A stretch of DNA of 58,323 bases, taken from contig NC_068986.1 of the NCBI RefSeq assembly GCF_001194135.2, forward strand, positions 29,892,275 through 29,950,597. Reading direction: 5' to 3'. Origin of the DNA: Octopus bimaculoides (lineage: Eukaryota). Under the pieces are notes generated by a model. It was not told the origin of the DNA. It made no database searches and saw only the letters and a list, made by a program, of their open reading frames with translations. Of the stretch, positions 22,751 to 36,227 are shown one piece after another (positions within the stretch are counted from its first letter, which is position 1; the number at the start of each line of letters is the position of its first letter). The position numbers and the translations under genes are program-made.

Positions 22751-24461
22751 GGTGCATTTGTCCATTGAAAGTTTTTGTGGAAGCAGGTAATAAAATTTGG
22801 TCACAGGATATGACTAGCTGCTCTTTTTACTGATTGTACAATATTATATTGACTCAGGTCTGCTTTTCTGGTAAGTTACTCTACTAAATAGACTTCCTCT
22901 TTGCTATAACTGTAGTTTTATAATCAGTGAGTTGTAATGAAAGAATGACTATATAACAAAAATTGTTGTGCCTTATTTATTTTCAAGTAAATGTAATATA
23001 GAAAAATCTAGATGCCGGGGAGGGGGTACTTTTATTTTTTATCTTATTTAATGTTTTTGTAAGTTTGTTTTTCTATGTTATTTTGAGTGGGTTTGTGTTT
23101 GCAAATAGATTATTTGCTTGTAATTGGAATAGTTTATAGAGCTGAATGATTTTTTTTTTTGTCCAATCTTAAATAATCGACTGTTGAAGTGGAAATTGTA
23201 TTTGTGATTAGACAGGTACTTTAAATGAAGAACGACCAGAAACTTTTAAGGGACACCAGACAATGGCTGTAGCAGAGTTCCAACATATCTCTCTGTGTGA
23301 TTAGTGAACCAAATACATTCAATGCCAATATCTGTGTCACACTCAAGAAGAAAGAATGGATTATTCAGTTTGTTTTCGGTTGCGGAAGTAAAAATGGAAC
23401 TAAACACATAATGGGTTTTCTGATCTGAATTGTGGATAAGGTTATAATTTTCTGGACTGTTAAACTTGCTCTTAAACTGTTCCTCTATTCTTTTGCTTGA
23501 TTTAGTACATAAAATATTTATCTCCATACTTATAACCAAAGAGAAGGAATGTTCTTTATCCACTAAGTAATGTCTTCATCCTAATTTGAATCCAGTCTGA
23601 GACTATATATATATCTAGTAATAAGACAGTCAAAGTTATCAAAATTTAGTGCAGTGTTTGAGTAATGCAGATATATACTGTAAAGGTGAAGTTAAGGTCT
23701 GAAAAATCATGATATAAAAATGGAATATTTAATACTTCTAGTATGAAGCTTTCATTATGTAATATTTATAAGTATTCTAATTAGAGAAATTTAAAACAGT
23801 GGAACTCTGTTTGTGTAGTAATTGAGGAACAGAGGCGTAACGATAAACACTGGCTTCTAGGCTTGTGACTTCAGAGCTTGTGCAGCAGCTAGAATTATGT
23901 TGCATCCTTAGGCTTACTTTGCCATTTAAGAGACCACCATTGCTAGCAAGTTGTAATTTAAACTGCACAGTATATATGGATTGAACTTTGAATGTTTATT
24001 CCACTATTGATTGAAGAATAAACAGGCAATGAAAACTGAATGTGTCATTGTTTTCATAACAGTTCTTTCCTATGTTCTTACAATACATTTGCTTTCAACT
24101 TGTTCATATTCCATGTTAACTGCACGCAGTACACAACTCTGCTCCCAAATTTCTCTGTCTCTCTGATTTCAGACAATCCTCATAGATCTGTTGGCATTGT
24201 CCTTACATTTCAGACATTAACTTATCAAATAAATAGTACTCTCTGACATGGTTCTAATTTTGTTTAACACTGAAATCTGCATGTGACAATTTTGTTCCAT
24301 ATATGACCCGTTATTTCTTCCAAGAATGTTTCCAGCAGAAATTCAGTAAAAATCAAACAAATATGCTGATAAATGGAAAAGCAAACACCACATTGTAATT
24401 CTCCTAGCAAATTGGCTTTTTAAGAACTTTGAAAACCCTTTAGATCATGATTTATCACGTG

Positions 24462-24720
24462 AACACAAATGACTAACCAGGCTGTCAGATGTTGTTATAC
24501 ATCACTTGTTACAATGCGCCTTTGCATTGTTTTATCCTTCAAATGGCACCACCCTGCTGGTTAGGTGAGCAGGCCAACATTCCCCACTGGTCGATGGGGG
24601 ACTGGAGCAACGTGAAATGAAGTGTTTTGCTCAAGAATACAACACATCGTCCAGTCCAGGAATCAAACCCACAATCTAGCAATCATGAGTGCAACAGCCT
24701 AACCACTAGGCCACACACTT
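24462..24720 (-). mobile_element. tRNA-derived SINE (further family)
   Basis: Minus strand: GTGTGGCCTAGTGGTTAGG...GGGTTTGATTCC...TTCTTGAGCAAAACACTTCATTTCACGTTGCTCCAG, with A/B boxes. Confidence 0.7.
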
Positions 24721-25229
24721 TCACAGATCAGGATTTATATATATTATATTATATATTATATATATTTGAGAAATATATAGATCATGATTTATATATTTCT
24801 CAAATATAATAAGCCACGGTGAAAATATTATTATTTTTCACTGTTTCCATCATCTTTGAAACATGTTGGATGTGAAGAATGGTAAGAAGTAGATTTCTGA
24901 AAAACTAGTAGAGACCTTCATGAAAAAAGCAAGAAGGCTTGCAGCAAATTGGGTGTGTGTTTGCGGTTTTTTGTTGTAAAGGTATTATGTTTCTTTTGGT
25001 AATGGTTGTAAGAATGGGTAAATGACTATCTATTGTTATAAGCCCCAAATCAACAATGAGTGAGTAATCCTATTATCAAAGGCATTCCAGTTGTAACTAT
25101 CCTGACATCTTTGTAAATCAGGGACTACATGTCTTTGGAACAAATTTTTGCAGATAGTTATGCCTTCTGTAATGTTCTGGTAGCATAACCAAGTCTTGGA
25201 CATCTTTTGTTGCATTAAAGCGACAAGAC

Positions 25230-25650
25230 TTCATCATCTGTATAAGGTGAATTGATACCAAAGTGAAGTCTGTGGTTTTTATTTGATGGACAGAGAGAAT
25301 GGGGAATACACAAGCATAAATTAAAATCCCAAACCCCAGACTTCTGGACGAGGCAAGTGGATATGAAGAAGAGGTTTAAACAGAAATTTAATTTAATCTG
25401 AAGCAGAGGTGACTGTCCATAGTCCTTGAGTTGGATGTAATTGCCATTTGAAAGTTGTATTAATCTAAATGGTATTTTTGTGATCTTGCTGCCTAATGAA
25501 GATATTGATTTCTTCTTTGGCATTTTCTGTGAGTTGTTGTTTGAATGATGTACAGAAGTAATTGATTTTTGAAGTAGAGATCATGTTAGTTGCAGTTTGT
25601 ACAAGTGATAGTAAGTAAATGGAACCAAATGGAGAAGGAAAAAAATCATT
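25230..25650 (-). pseudogene. Possible highly decayed Penelope-like RT fragment
   Basis: Frameshifted FNGNYIQLK.L.(M)DS.LS followed about 25 codons later by PRPEVW (cf. FNG.YY.Q..GLAMGSPLS ... PK.W.RYVDD). No intact catalytic motif is visible. Confidence 0.25.
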
Positions 25651-26109
25651 CAACAATCAAATAAATATGCTTGACTGAGCAGACCATTAAAACTGTCTCA
25701 AGAAGTTAAAACAAAACAAAACTTGTGAGTCTATTATAATAACCACATTTTGAAGTTGTTTCTTTTTAAATTTAATTCTTTTTTTTATTGAAACTTACCA
25801 TTCGTCAAAAACATTCATAATCAATAAAATGAAGGCTTCAAAAAACTGGGGGAAAAATATAATATACTTTGATGGATAGATAGATTCTTATTGATTGTCA
25901 AAGTCATTCCATTACAGAATTATATTTCACAACAATGAATTCTTAACAACAATGAATTCTTAGTATAAATTGCATACAAATATAGTAGTGATTGAGAAAC
26001 TCAAAACTTGAATGTGGAGTCAAACATGTACCTTGTTCGCAGATATTTAGTTTTTAGATAAGATAGACAAAGAAAAATCTTAATAGTTAATGTTCTCAAT
26101 CAAAGTTGT

Positions 26110-26560
26110 CTTCCAGAATATTCTTGATGTGAAATAAAAACAATTAGAGTAGAACTTTGATCTTAACAAATAAGTTTGAAACCCAGAGGGGAAGAGGAAA
26201 ACAAGAAGCCTAAGGATCACTGAACAGAGAGTGATAGAAGAGGAATGAAAGATGACAGAAATGGAAGTTGCCTTCCAGAAAATCCCTGATATGAAAAAAA
26301 AAAAAAAATAACAGAACAATTGAAATAAAGTAGTTTTCTAGCAAATGAAAATTTGGAACATGACAAAGGAAAAATGGAAGGTAGAGAGAACCGGAAGAGA
26401 TAAGCAGAAGAATTGAGGATGATATAGAACTAAGTGAAATAAAGAAAGCATAATATGGAACATGCTGGAAGATTGGCTGCGGAAAGCTTATGTTCTGCTA
26501 GGAATCCAAACAGATCGTTATGATGATGGTGGTGATGATAATGAGTGTAATGGTGATGGT
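26110..26560 (+). mobile_element. Decayed RTE LINE 3' end
   Basis: KPRGEEEN/PEGKRK..RIT.QRVIEEE-like and AESLCSARNPNRS remnants, followed by an (ATG)n tail. Confidence 0.45.
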
Positions 26561-26635
26561 GGTAATGATGATGAAACGTAAGATGGAAATAAGAATAAGT
26601 AAATAAATGAATAAAGAGAAAAGATTGGCCTTAAT

Positions 26636-26872
26636 TACTCTTTACTCTTTTATTCTTTTACTTGTTTCAGCCATTTGAATGCGGCCATGCTGGAGCACTG
26701 CCTTTAGTCGAACAAATCAACCCCAGGACTTATTCTGTTGGTCACTTTTGCCGAACCACTAAGTTNNNNNNNNNNTGTTGGTCACTTTTGCCGAACCACT
26801 AAGTTACAGGGACATAAACACACCAACATCAGTTGTCAAGCGATGGTGGGGAGACAAACAGAGACACAAAGG

Positions 26873-26905
<33 letters not shown>

Positions 26906-27066
26906 GTATACACACATACATATACACGATGGGCTATTTTCAGTTTCTGTTTACCAAATCCACTCACAAGGCTTTGGTTGGCCCAAGGCTATAGTAGAAG
27001 ACACTTGCCCAAGGTGCCGTGCAGGTAGGACTGAACCCAGGACCATGTGGTTGGGAAGCAGTTACC
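26636..27066 (-). mobile_element. SINE family A
   Basis: Reverse complement of 9801-10207; contains a 10-N gap with duplicated flanks. Confidence 0.85.
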
Positions 27067-27399
27067 AATTATTTATTTACCTATTTTTCTATCTACAATA
27101 AATAAACCATGCTATTTAGTTTTAGGTGTAGGAACATGTCTGGTTTTTAGACATTTCTGTTTTTAAAATTCAAAAGTTTATAACCTGTCAGAATGATCAA
27201 TGACATTCTTGTTTGAAAGAAGAATTTTTCTTTTTTTCTTAAGTAACAGAAAAATGAAATAAATTCATTGGAAAAGTAATTTGATTTTTTTCTACTTATA
27301 AATTGACATTAGGCCGAATTGAGAAAGAAAAACAACAGTGGAGTACAGCTCCTGCTTCTGGTATGAGATTACTAATGCACTTACAGACGTACTATACCA

Positions 27400-27735
27400 T
27401 ATCCTCCAAAAGGTCACCTGACTTTGGGATGATATCATTCACTGACACACTCCAGCCTCTGCTCAACAGATATGTTTTCTCATTTTGTCATTGCCTCTGT
27501 GAGGCCCAACATTCGAAGGTAATGCTTCACCACTCATCCCATATCTTCCTGGGTCTCCCTCTACCCTGGATTCCTTCCACTGTTTGGGAGTGGCACTTCT
27601 TCACACAGCTCTCCTCGTCCATCCGTAGTACATGACCATACCAACACAAATGCCTCTCTTGCATGCCACGTCCCATGCTTCTTATGTCCAACATTTCTCT
27701 CAAGGCGCTTACACTCTGTTGTGTGTGCACACTGA
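27400..27735 (-). mobile_element. RTE (RTE-X-like) LINE 3' fragment
   Basis: ORF 27527-27730: LCWYGHVLRMDEESCVKKC..VEGIQGRGRPRKIW (W.GHV.R and GRGRP.K.W motifs). Confidence 0.85.
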
Positions 27736-27753
27736 CATATATATATATATATA

Positions 27754-28351
27754 TGTAGTGAAACTACCTATCGCCATTAGATACAAACTACTATCGCCAT
27801 TACATACAATCTTCTCATTTAAATATAAATAAATGCGAGCGTAGTAGAGAACCCATTCCTTGTCCATCACGTGACTGATCATTATTCGAATCGGCAACTT
27901 CTTCGAACCGTTCCCGCCAGAACGCGAACTGACCAATCACGGCCCCTAATAAGGTCACGGGATGGAGTAAAATTCTAAAAGCATTTGGAGCCCTCTTAGC
28001 CCTATATATAGATCAACTCATACCCCACAAATTTGTCTCGGTCCAGTTTCTCTTTGAGAACTGTTCCGTGTACCACACGACAGCAGCAGCAGTTCCAGCG
28101 ACCACTTCAGCAGCTTCGTCCAGCCACGATGACCTCCGCCGTCGCCACATCAGCAACAAGAGTCTACTACTACTATCCAGCATCATCATCATGACCAACA
28201 CGATTAATACCAAGCAGCCTCTACGCTACCAGCGTCAACACGATTTACTATGTACACCAAACCAAACTCCGCGGCCCATCTCTCTCTTCGATTCTGTTAG
28301 GTGACTTAGCTTCACCACAGTAAACAAACAGACAAGAGAACCACAGCCAGC
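27754..28351 (+). mobile_element. LTR-like element, copy 2 (runs into an assembly gap)
   Basis: Starts TGTAGTGAAACTACCTATCGCC directly after (TA)n; collinear with the reverse complement of 90-655; (TA)n resumes after the gap at 28976. Confidence 0.65.
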
Positions 28352-29054
28352 NNNNNNNNNNNNNNNNNNNNNNNNNNNNNNNNNNNNNNNNNNNNNNNNN
28401 NNNNNNNNNNNNNNNNNNNNNNNNNNNNNNNNNNNNNNNNNNNNNNNNNNNNNNNNNNNNNNNNNNNNNNNNNNNNNNNNNNNNNNNNNNNNNNNNNNNN
28501 NNNNNNNNNNNNNNNNNNNNNNNNNNNNNNNNNNNNNNNNNNNNNNNNNNNNNNNNNNNNNNNNNNNNNNNNNNNNNNNNNNNNNNNNNNNNNNNNNNNN
28601 NNNNNNNNNNNNNNNNNNNNNNNNNNNNNNNNNNNNNNNNNNNNNNNNNNNNNNNNNNNNNNNNNNNNNNNNNNNNNNNNNNNNNNNNNNNNNNNNNNNN
28701 NNNNNNNNNNNNNNNNNNNNNNNNNNNNNNNNNNNNNNNNNNNNNNNNNNNNNNNNNNNNNNNNNNNNNNNNNNNNNNNNNNNNNNNNNNNNNNNNNNNN
28801 NNNNNNNNNNNNNNNNNNNNNNNNNNNNNNNNNNNNNNNNNNNNNNNNNNNNNNNNNNNNNNNNNNNNNNNNNNNNNNNNNNNNNNNNNNNNNNNNNNNN
28901 NNNNNNNNNNNNNNNNNNNNNNNNNNNNNNNNNNNNNNNNNNNNNNNNNNNNNNNNNNNNNNNNNNNNNNNNNNNTATATATATAATGTATGTATGTATG
29001 TATGTATGTATGTATGCATGCATGTATGTATGTATGTATGTATGTATGAATGTA

Positions 29055-29170
29055 TGAATAAGACAGGATGATTTCAGTTTCCATCTACCAGATCCACCCA
29101 TAATGCTTTGGTTGAACTCAGGCTATAGTAGAAGACACTTGCCTAAGGTACCATAGAGTGGTACCATAGC
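29055..29170 (-). mobile_element. SINE family A head fragment
   Basis: TTTCAGTTTCCATCTACCAGATCCAC...GGCTATAGTAGAAGACACTTGCCTAAGGT. Confidence 0.7.
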
Positions 29171-29875
29171 CTGTAAATATAAATATTATATAGTCTAACT
29201 GCTTCACCTTGGTTCAATGTCAGTGATGTGAAATAATGACATGAATTGCACTATGGACAAATTCTCACTATTAATGAGATATACATTATAAACTCCAACA
29301 TGAAATACAGAAAGAAGAACAGGCCTACTGATAAGACTTGAACCACACACACACACACAAGTTGTTTCGTGGGTGAGTACATTACCAATTATAGTAAAAA
29401 AAAAGAATAAATATATATGCACTGAAAAAGTTATCCTTTTCTTTTACAGTTTAAATGGTAGTTTATAAATTTTAAAATTTGGTAACAAAAGGGGAAAAAA
29501 AATTTAATCATTTTTATTTACAAATGAAACACAGACATAAATTGAAAAACACAAACAAACTTTTCATGAGAGGAAGCCATTTCCATGGGTTGTAACTATA
29601 GACGAGTAGTGGAATCCTGAGCTTGAAATATTTAGATAATTTTTTTTATACTTTCCTGAACCACTGAACTAGTGAAAAACACTATACAGAACAGGTAAAA
29701 GCAATTTTTATCTTTAAAGCCTCATATTCTGTGATCTATTTTAAAAGTACAATAAATGTATTCTTGTATAAAATAACATTTTATAATGCAAAAAATATTT
29801 TTGGTTTTGTTTGAAGATTAATGTATGTAATAGTTTGTGTTTAAAATATAGCAGGCAAAAAACTATAGTGTATAT

Positions 29876-30005
<130 letters not shown>

Positions 30006-30547
30006 TTTATATACCTTGCTGGTTCAATAAGAATCCACTGGAACATTGAGACTATTATTATTATTTTTATAACTGAAAAATTTTGTGAAAAAAAAAGTGT
30101 TTTAATGTATTACTATTTGTTTAAATTTGAACTGAAATTTTTTACAGATTTAAATAGAAGCTGTTGAATAACAAGCCATTATTAAGTATTTGGTTTTTAA
30201 ATACAAAAAAAACAAGGAAATATAATTGAAAAACAGCAGCTTACATGATGAGATCCTAGCATATGCAACTGTGCATGAAATACAGGGTTATGGAATTGAA
30301 AGGTGAAGAAACGCCTGATTGACATGAAGAAATTCTATAAATTGCAAATGATTCTTTAGCAAAATGTTATAGTTGAAGAGAATTGTAGTAGAATTTTTGT
30401 TAGATTACTTTTAAAGTGACTTAAAGTGGCAGTAAAGTTCTTGATATTATCAGACTTGAATGTTATGTTCAAGCTTTGTGCTGACTTTTTTACTGGTGAG
30501 ATGATGGAGTGATGGAATGATGTTTCAATTACTATACTAGCGATTTG

Positions 30548-30898
30548 TGGAGGCGCAATGGCCCAGTGGTTAGGGCAGCAGACTCGTGAGTGTTCATTGA
30601 GTATTTATTGAGCAAAAACATCTAAAGCTCCACGAGGCTCTGGCAGGGGATGGTGGCGAACTCTGCTGTACTCTTTCACCACAACTTTCTCTCACTCTTT
30701 CTTCCTGTTTCTGTTGTGCCTGTAATTCAAAGGGTCAGCCTTGTCACACTGTGTCACGCTGAATATCCCCGAGAAATACGTTAAGGGTGCACGTGTCTGT
30801 GGAGTGCTCAGCCACTTGCACATTAATTTCACGAGCAGGCTGTTCCGTTGATCGGATCAACTGGAACCCTCGACATCGTAAGCGACAGAGTGCCAACA
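30548..30898 (+). mobile_element. SINE family B with head deletion
   Basis: Matches the 6630 copy. It is followed by KCVGNFGDYVEKEY-like sequence (about 30925-30965), suggesting insertion into a mariner 3' end. Confidence 0.85.
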
Positions 30899-31199
30899 AT
30901 AAAAAAAAGAATATGTTGACAGAAATGTGTTGGAAATTTTGGTGATTATGTAGAGAAAGAATACCTATAAATGCTATAGTTTATATGCTAGTATAAATCT
31001 ATCCCTTTTTTTAACATTTAAATTGGGTGTTCATAAAATCAACGATGTATAATTCAGGATTTGGCAATACTCTTTGGATTTGCTTCTGTGTTAAAGTCTG
31101 ATAATTCTTCCCATTTATAGATTATAGCATAATATTTCAGCTCCTTTTTTTCTTTACAAAGCCAAAGTATGGCCAAAATAGAGTACTACTCACATATCT

Positions 31200-31490
31200 A
31201 CAATGGTGATATATTTTACACAAACATTCATAACCCCGTTCCTAAGCCATCCAGTTGATTGTCAACAATTCACTCACTAACACTCTTCAACAAGCTCACC
31301 TGTACTGCTTATTCTTTTTGTATTTTCTACAGTTATTACAATGACTTCTGTTTACCTTCTCCATTCAGACCCTTCTAGTACACCTGTCTATCTTCTTCTT
31401 ATCATTCTTACCATCTTTCACCTCCTATATATCAGGCCAAACTCTTCATATGACCATCTCTCTCCAGGCTGCAGATTGTACATTGGCTGA
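31200..31490 (-). mobile_element. Decayed RTE LINE fragment
   Basis: Purine-rich minus strand with LERDGHMKSL (cf. L.W.GHV.R); composition like the 49 kb RTE. Confidence 0.35.
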
Positions 31491-32949
31491 GACAACTGTC
31501 TCAACCAATATATAATGTGTTACATGAACATTGTTCCTTCTCATGAAAAAAAACAACAAAAAAAATTCAAGGAATTTCACACATACATACATACATACAT
31601 ACATACATACATACATACATACATACGCTCATTTACAGGCACATACACTTGGATATTAAGAAACAGACAGGAAAATGTGTGTAGGAGTATACACACTCAT
31701 ACAAGCATGTCTGTATACATATTCATTTACATACACTCAATATAGGTACAAAATATTCTCAACTGAATGAACAGAAAGGAAGAAGACACTTCAGGTGAGC
31801 TAGGGAAGGGGTAAGTGTAAAACAAAATCATAGGATGTTGAAATGTTAATTCATTTCCTGCAGAGGAAAACGTCCCCTCATTGAAGAGAGCATTTTTTTT
31901 TTACCTAGTGTGTGTGTGTGAATGATGAACTATATTGTAGAACACCATAGACCAAGAGGTGGTCTGTGGAATAGTTTGGTGAATTAAATAAATGGGCTAT
32001 ACATTTGAGAAGTCGCTTTGGCATTGTTACACATCTTGAAATATTCACAACACCAACCTCCCAAACAGTACAATGCATTGCAGAGATTACTTGCAATGGA
32101 GGAAGCACAACTGAAGTCACAGTCATAGATCACATATTATACTTCAGTTTATAGTTCATAATTTACTTGCATAGGTTGTATATATTCAGCTTTGTTTATT
32201 TACTTATTCACATCCTGAAGTCTATTATTATTGTTCATGTGGTCATTGATATTTTCATTGTAGTTGAGGTTAACAAGCAATTTATTATACCTAATATTAC
32301 ATCAAAATTTTCTTTCAAGTTGATACTTAGGTAGCAAAAAAAAAAGATCAAAAACTGTACTGATGAATCTACTACACACCCCTACTGCCTTGGTTCTTAA
32401 TACCTGTATAAAATTTTCCACCATTCACTTTGAGAAGCACTGTTGTATATAATTTAATGCTGAAAGTTGACTAGTGATAAATGTGTATCTAAGGTACAAA
32501 CAGTGTTTCATGTGTTGTCAACTAGAAATATTTGAAGCTGTGTGTATCCAGAATCAAATAGATAAACTGATAAAAATGATACGTAAAATAGAGTTTGAAA
32601 CATAAAAGTAAACGAGATGGTACAGGTCTTAGTAAACCAAATCACTGATAAAATGACATTGGCAAGATAGATATCCCATTTCATATCATGAATTTATATT
32701 TAGTGGTGGGGCTAGAGGATAGATATCAAATTTTAAAGCAACAATTTTATGATTATTGATAAAGCAAGAAAAGATGCGGGAGAGACAGAAGAAAGAGATG
32801 CAGAGGAAAAGAATGAGTGAGTGTTATCATTGTATCAGAAAAATATTCTCAGAAAGGTTTATCTTTTTGATAAACTTGTTTGCATTATGATTTAAATGGG
32901 ATTAAAAGTAATCCTATAACCAAAGCAATACTATAGATTATTGAAGCAT

Positions 32950-33620
32950 TACATGCAACCTTTCACCAGCCCTATCTAAGCCAGTCAGGTAATTGAGTAC
33001 AAAGATGAATAAAACAGTTGTAGTAGCTCATTCACCAATTGCCGTGTTTTCCTGTGATAACTTTGAAGGAAATAATGTTGTACTTGAGACCAGTAAAGAC
33101 TCTGATTATGTTTGGTATGAGAACTTTTTATCTGAATTAGTTGTCTGTGATCTCATTTCTTGGAGTGGAGGCTTTCTATAAGATTGAATCATTGCAGATT
33201 ATCTCAAAGGAACTCTCTCCAACCCATATTTTAATAACTACAGTGTACTGCAAGGTTCAGCCGTCTCCCACACTCTTTGTTTCTGTAAATTAACAATCCA
33301 TTTGCGGTCAATTCTAACAACATAACATCTTATTCAAATGATACTATGTTTCATTGCTCTTTAACAGTCTGCACACAGTTACCATCTGCACAAAAACTAA
33401 ACACCTTGCATCAAACATAAAACTAAATCAAGAAACATTGTGAACATTCTTTGATGAGTACAGGGGTGCATGGTAACCTTGTCATTTTTCATTAGAACTC
33501 AAGACTCAATTACTCCACATATCAAAGAAACAATTATGTATTTCATGTTCTGTAGTGATTAATGAAAGAATTAAAACATTCAAAGACACTACATTACAGA
33601 TACTGGGCCTCACAATTTCT
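32950..33620 (+). pseudogene. Decayed CR1/L2-group LINE reverse transcriptase
   Basis: Motifs in order: VVLETSKDSDYVWYENFLSEL (cf. VALDISKAFDRVWH..LL.KL), SVLQGSAVSHTL (cf. VPQGSVLSPTLF), ITSYSNDT (cf. YADDT), LGLTI (cf. LG.T). Confidence 0.65.
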
Positions 33621-33661
33621 TTTGATATTTTGCAGCAGAAGGTAACAAGTTGGCAGAATTG

Positions 33662-33960
33662 TTAGTAAAAGGATAAAGACCCCCTTTTGTCATGAATAAC
33701 CATTGGATTGCACCTAGAAAGTTCCCTTCTGAGGCACAAGTCCAGGCAAAGTTGTTTATAGAAGACCAGCAGTTGCCCATGCATACCAGCCTCTCCTCTC
33801 CATGCCAATAATGTTATCCAAGGGAAAGGCAAAGGCCAATACAGCTTGGCACCAGTGACATCACAACTTATTTCAACAGCTGAGTTAACTGGAGCAATGT
33901 GAAATAAAGTATCTTGCTCAAGAACGTAGCACACAACCCAGTTTAGGAATTGAACTCTCT
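33662..33960 (-). mobile_element. tRNA-derived SINE (further family)
   Basis: Minus strand: GAGTTCAATTCC B box, TTCTTGAGCAAGATACTTTATTTCACATTGCTCCAG core, and a CTTTATCCTTTT tail. Confidence 0.65.
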
Positions 33961-35317
33961 CTTATGGCAAAAGGTGTAAAAACAGCATATCTGCTCAATG
34001 TTGCCCTCTCTCAGTTTCTTAAATGCAGTGTTTCTAGCTCTTTAGCCATTATCAAGGGACAATACTGAAGAAAGGTAACTCTAGGCAGATTTTAAAATCT
34101 TCCTGTAACATGACGTTATAAAAATTTTATCTTTAAGTATTCNNNNNNNNNNNNNNNNNNNNNNNNNNNNNNNNNNNNNNNNNNNNNNNNNNNNNNNNNN
34201 NNNNNNNNNNNNNNNNNNNNNNNNNNNNNNNNNNNNNNNNNNNNNNNNNNNNNNNNNNNNNNNNNNNNNNNNNNNNNNNNNNNNNNNNNNNNNNNNNNNN
34301 NNNNNNNNNNNNNNNNNNNNNNNNNNNNNNNNNNNNNNNNNNNNNNNNNNNNNNNNNNNNNNNNNNNNNNNNNNNNNNNNNNNNNNNNNNNNNNNNNNNN
34401 NNNNNNNNNNNNNNNNNNNNNNNNNNNNNNNNNNNNNNNNNNNNNNNNNNNNNNNNNNNNNNNNNNNNNNNNNNNNNNNNNNNNNNNNNNNNNNNNNNNN
34501 NNNNNNNNNNNNNNNNNNNNNNNNNNNNNNNNNNNNNNNNNNNNNNNNNNNNNNNNNNNNNNNNNNNNNNNNNNNNNNNNNNNNNNNNNNNNNNNNNNNN
34601 NNNNNNNNNNNNNNNNNNNNNNNNNNNNNNNNNNNNCTGAAATATCACTCTACTACTCTGATTATTCATACCCACTTTTTGTCATTTTTATTGTCATCAT
34701 TTTTTGTCATTTTCTCATCTTTGAAACCCAGAACTAAACACTTCAATTTGTCCAAGATGAACATTGACAACATCATTCTCATCTGTCCTGGAGAATTGAT
34801 GAGGAATGATTGAACTAAGTGTTTAGTGAAATATAACAAAGAAGAAAAAAGATTATTTTTTTATGAATGCAAGTAGTAATCAGCTTGCTAGTTCATAGAA
34901 AGAGAGATTGTTATAGTATAGTAGAAGAGATAAAGAAATAAATCAAAAGTGCTGATTTGATATGATCTAGGGTGTGTATATGACAGCTGTATTATTCAAG
35001 ATATTTGAGCAATATTCCAATGTAGATCTTATTTAAAGTTTGTAAAAGCTTAGCAACTGAAGTATTTTCTAGTCCTGAGGAAGTTGACAATGTTATATGC
35101 ATAATGTCACCACAGGAGATCAGAGATTGTGAGTTCTCACAAATATTTTTATAGATCTTAGTTGTGTTCTGTTCAAACATCAGAAGGGTGTAGTAGAAAA
35201 CATTTCTAGAGATATGTAACAATTTGAACACTTTGAAAGAAACCAGATTGCTATGTTGCTATCAGTAGATTTGTTTAAAAATTTCTGTTCATAGATGCAG
35301 TCCAGGTCTACTGCAGT

Positions 35318-35425
35318 ATCTAAGTTACATACATGTGAACCTACCAGTTGCATACTGGGGACGATCTAATTGACTGGCCCCCCCTCCCCAAAAATTTCAG
35401 GTTTTGTGTCTAGAGTAGAAAAGAA
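35318..35425 (+). mobile_element. SINE family C 3' fragment
   Basis: TACCAGTTGCATACTGGGGACGATCTAATTGACTGGCCCCCCTCCC...TAGAGTAGAAAAGAA matches 46660-46744. Confidence 0.75.
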
Positions 35426-35440
35426 CTGGTCAATCATTCT

Positions 35441-35726
35441 CCCTATTCTTCTGATTTTGCCCCATCTAACTATCATCTGTTACCCAACATGAAAAAACAC
35501 TTGGTTGAGAACCAGTAATGCAGTGATGGTGATGTCATACTTGTTGTTGATGACATTTTTGACCAACAGGATGAAATCTTTTTCACCAATAGGATCCAAG
35601 CACTGCAGCACTGATAGAAGAAGTATATAGTGTGAAAAGGGGACTATGTTGAAAAATAAACCTCATTTAGTCACATTCCTTGAGAGTATCTTAGTCAGCC
35701 TATGGACTTTACAGCCAACCCTCATA
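35441..35726 (+). mobile_element. Mariner transposase 3' remnant with TIR
   Basis: PYSSDFA/SNYHLLPNMKKHL (cf. YSPDLAPSDYHLF) ... FFTNRIQALQH**KK.I..KGDYVEK* (stop 35657-35659), then CTTTACAGCCAACCCTCATA. Confidence 0.75.
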
Positions 35727-36227
35727 CATTGTACATATTTCATCCATAATTGAATGTGCCTTTCTTATTTTTAAGACAACAATGTTATTTGAAGGAGATC
35801 TAGCTGGCATTTCTAGCAGCAGATGGAATGACTATGTAGAAGCTCCATTGTTAGATCAATTTCTCACACTAGATACTACCACTATCACTAGAATTAACTC
35901 TTATAATTAAATTTACAAAGTTACAATAAAGCTGCATTCTTGAAAGCCAAAACATTTAATAAGCAATGCTAGATTCATTGATATGAAGTTTCAGTGGTCA
36001 CAGAAGTCCATTTAATGGATGAATAGCTGAAAATTTAATTAACAATCATAAGATAATTAGTTCTTGTTAATATTTTCCCACTAGACTGAAGCGAAGCCAC
36101 TACTAAGCCAACCATTTAGAAAATATCAATGAAGCAGTAAACAGTCTTTTAAACATTTGTCCAATCCAGTTCCTGCTGAATCATTTCACCATGATATCAC
36201 ATTGACATTTGCCAACAACAGGGTTCT

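Noticed and set aside
23246-23563. 105-aa minus-strand ORF
   Set aside because: No recognisable motif, no ATG start or convincing splice sites; a few ORFs of this length are expected by chance in six frames of 58 kb.
26737-26806. 30-bp direct repeat inside a SINE
   Set aside because: Identical copies flank a 10-N gap, typical of an unmerged contig overlap.
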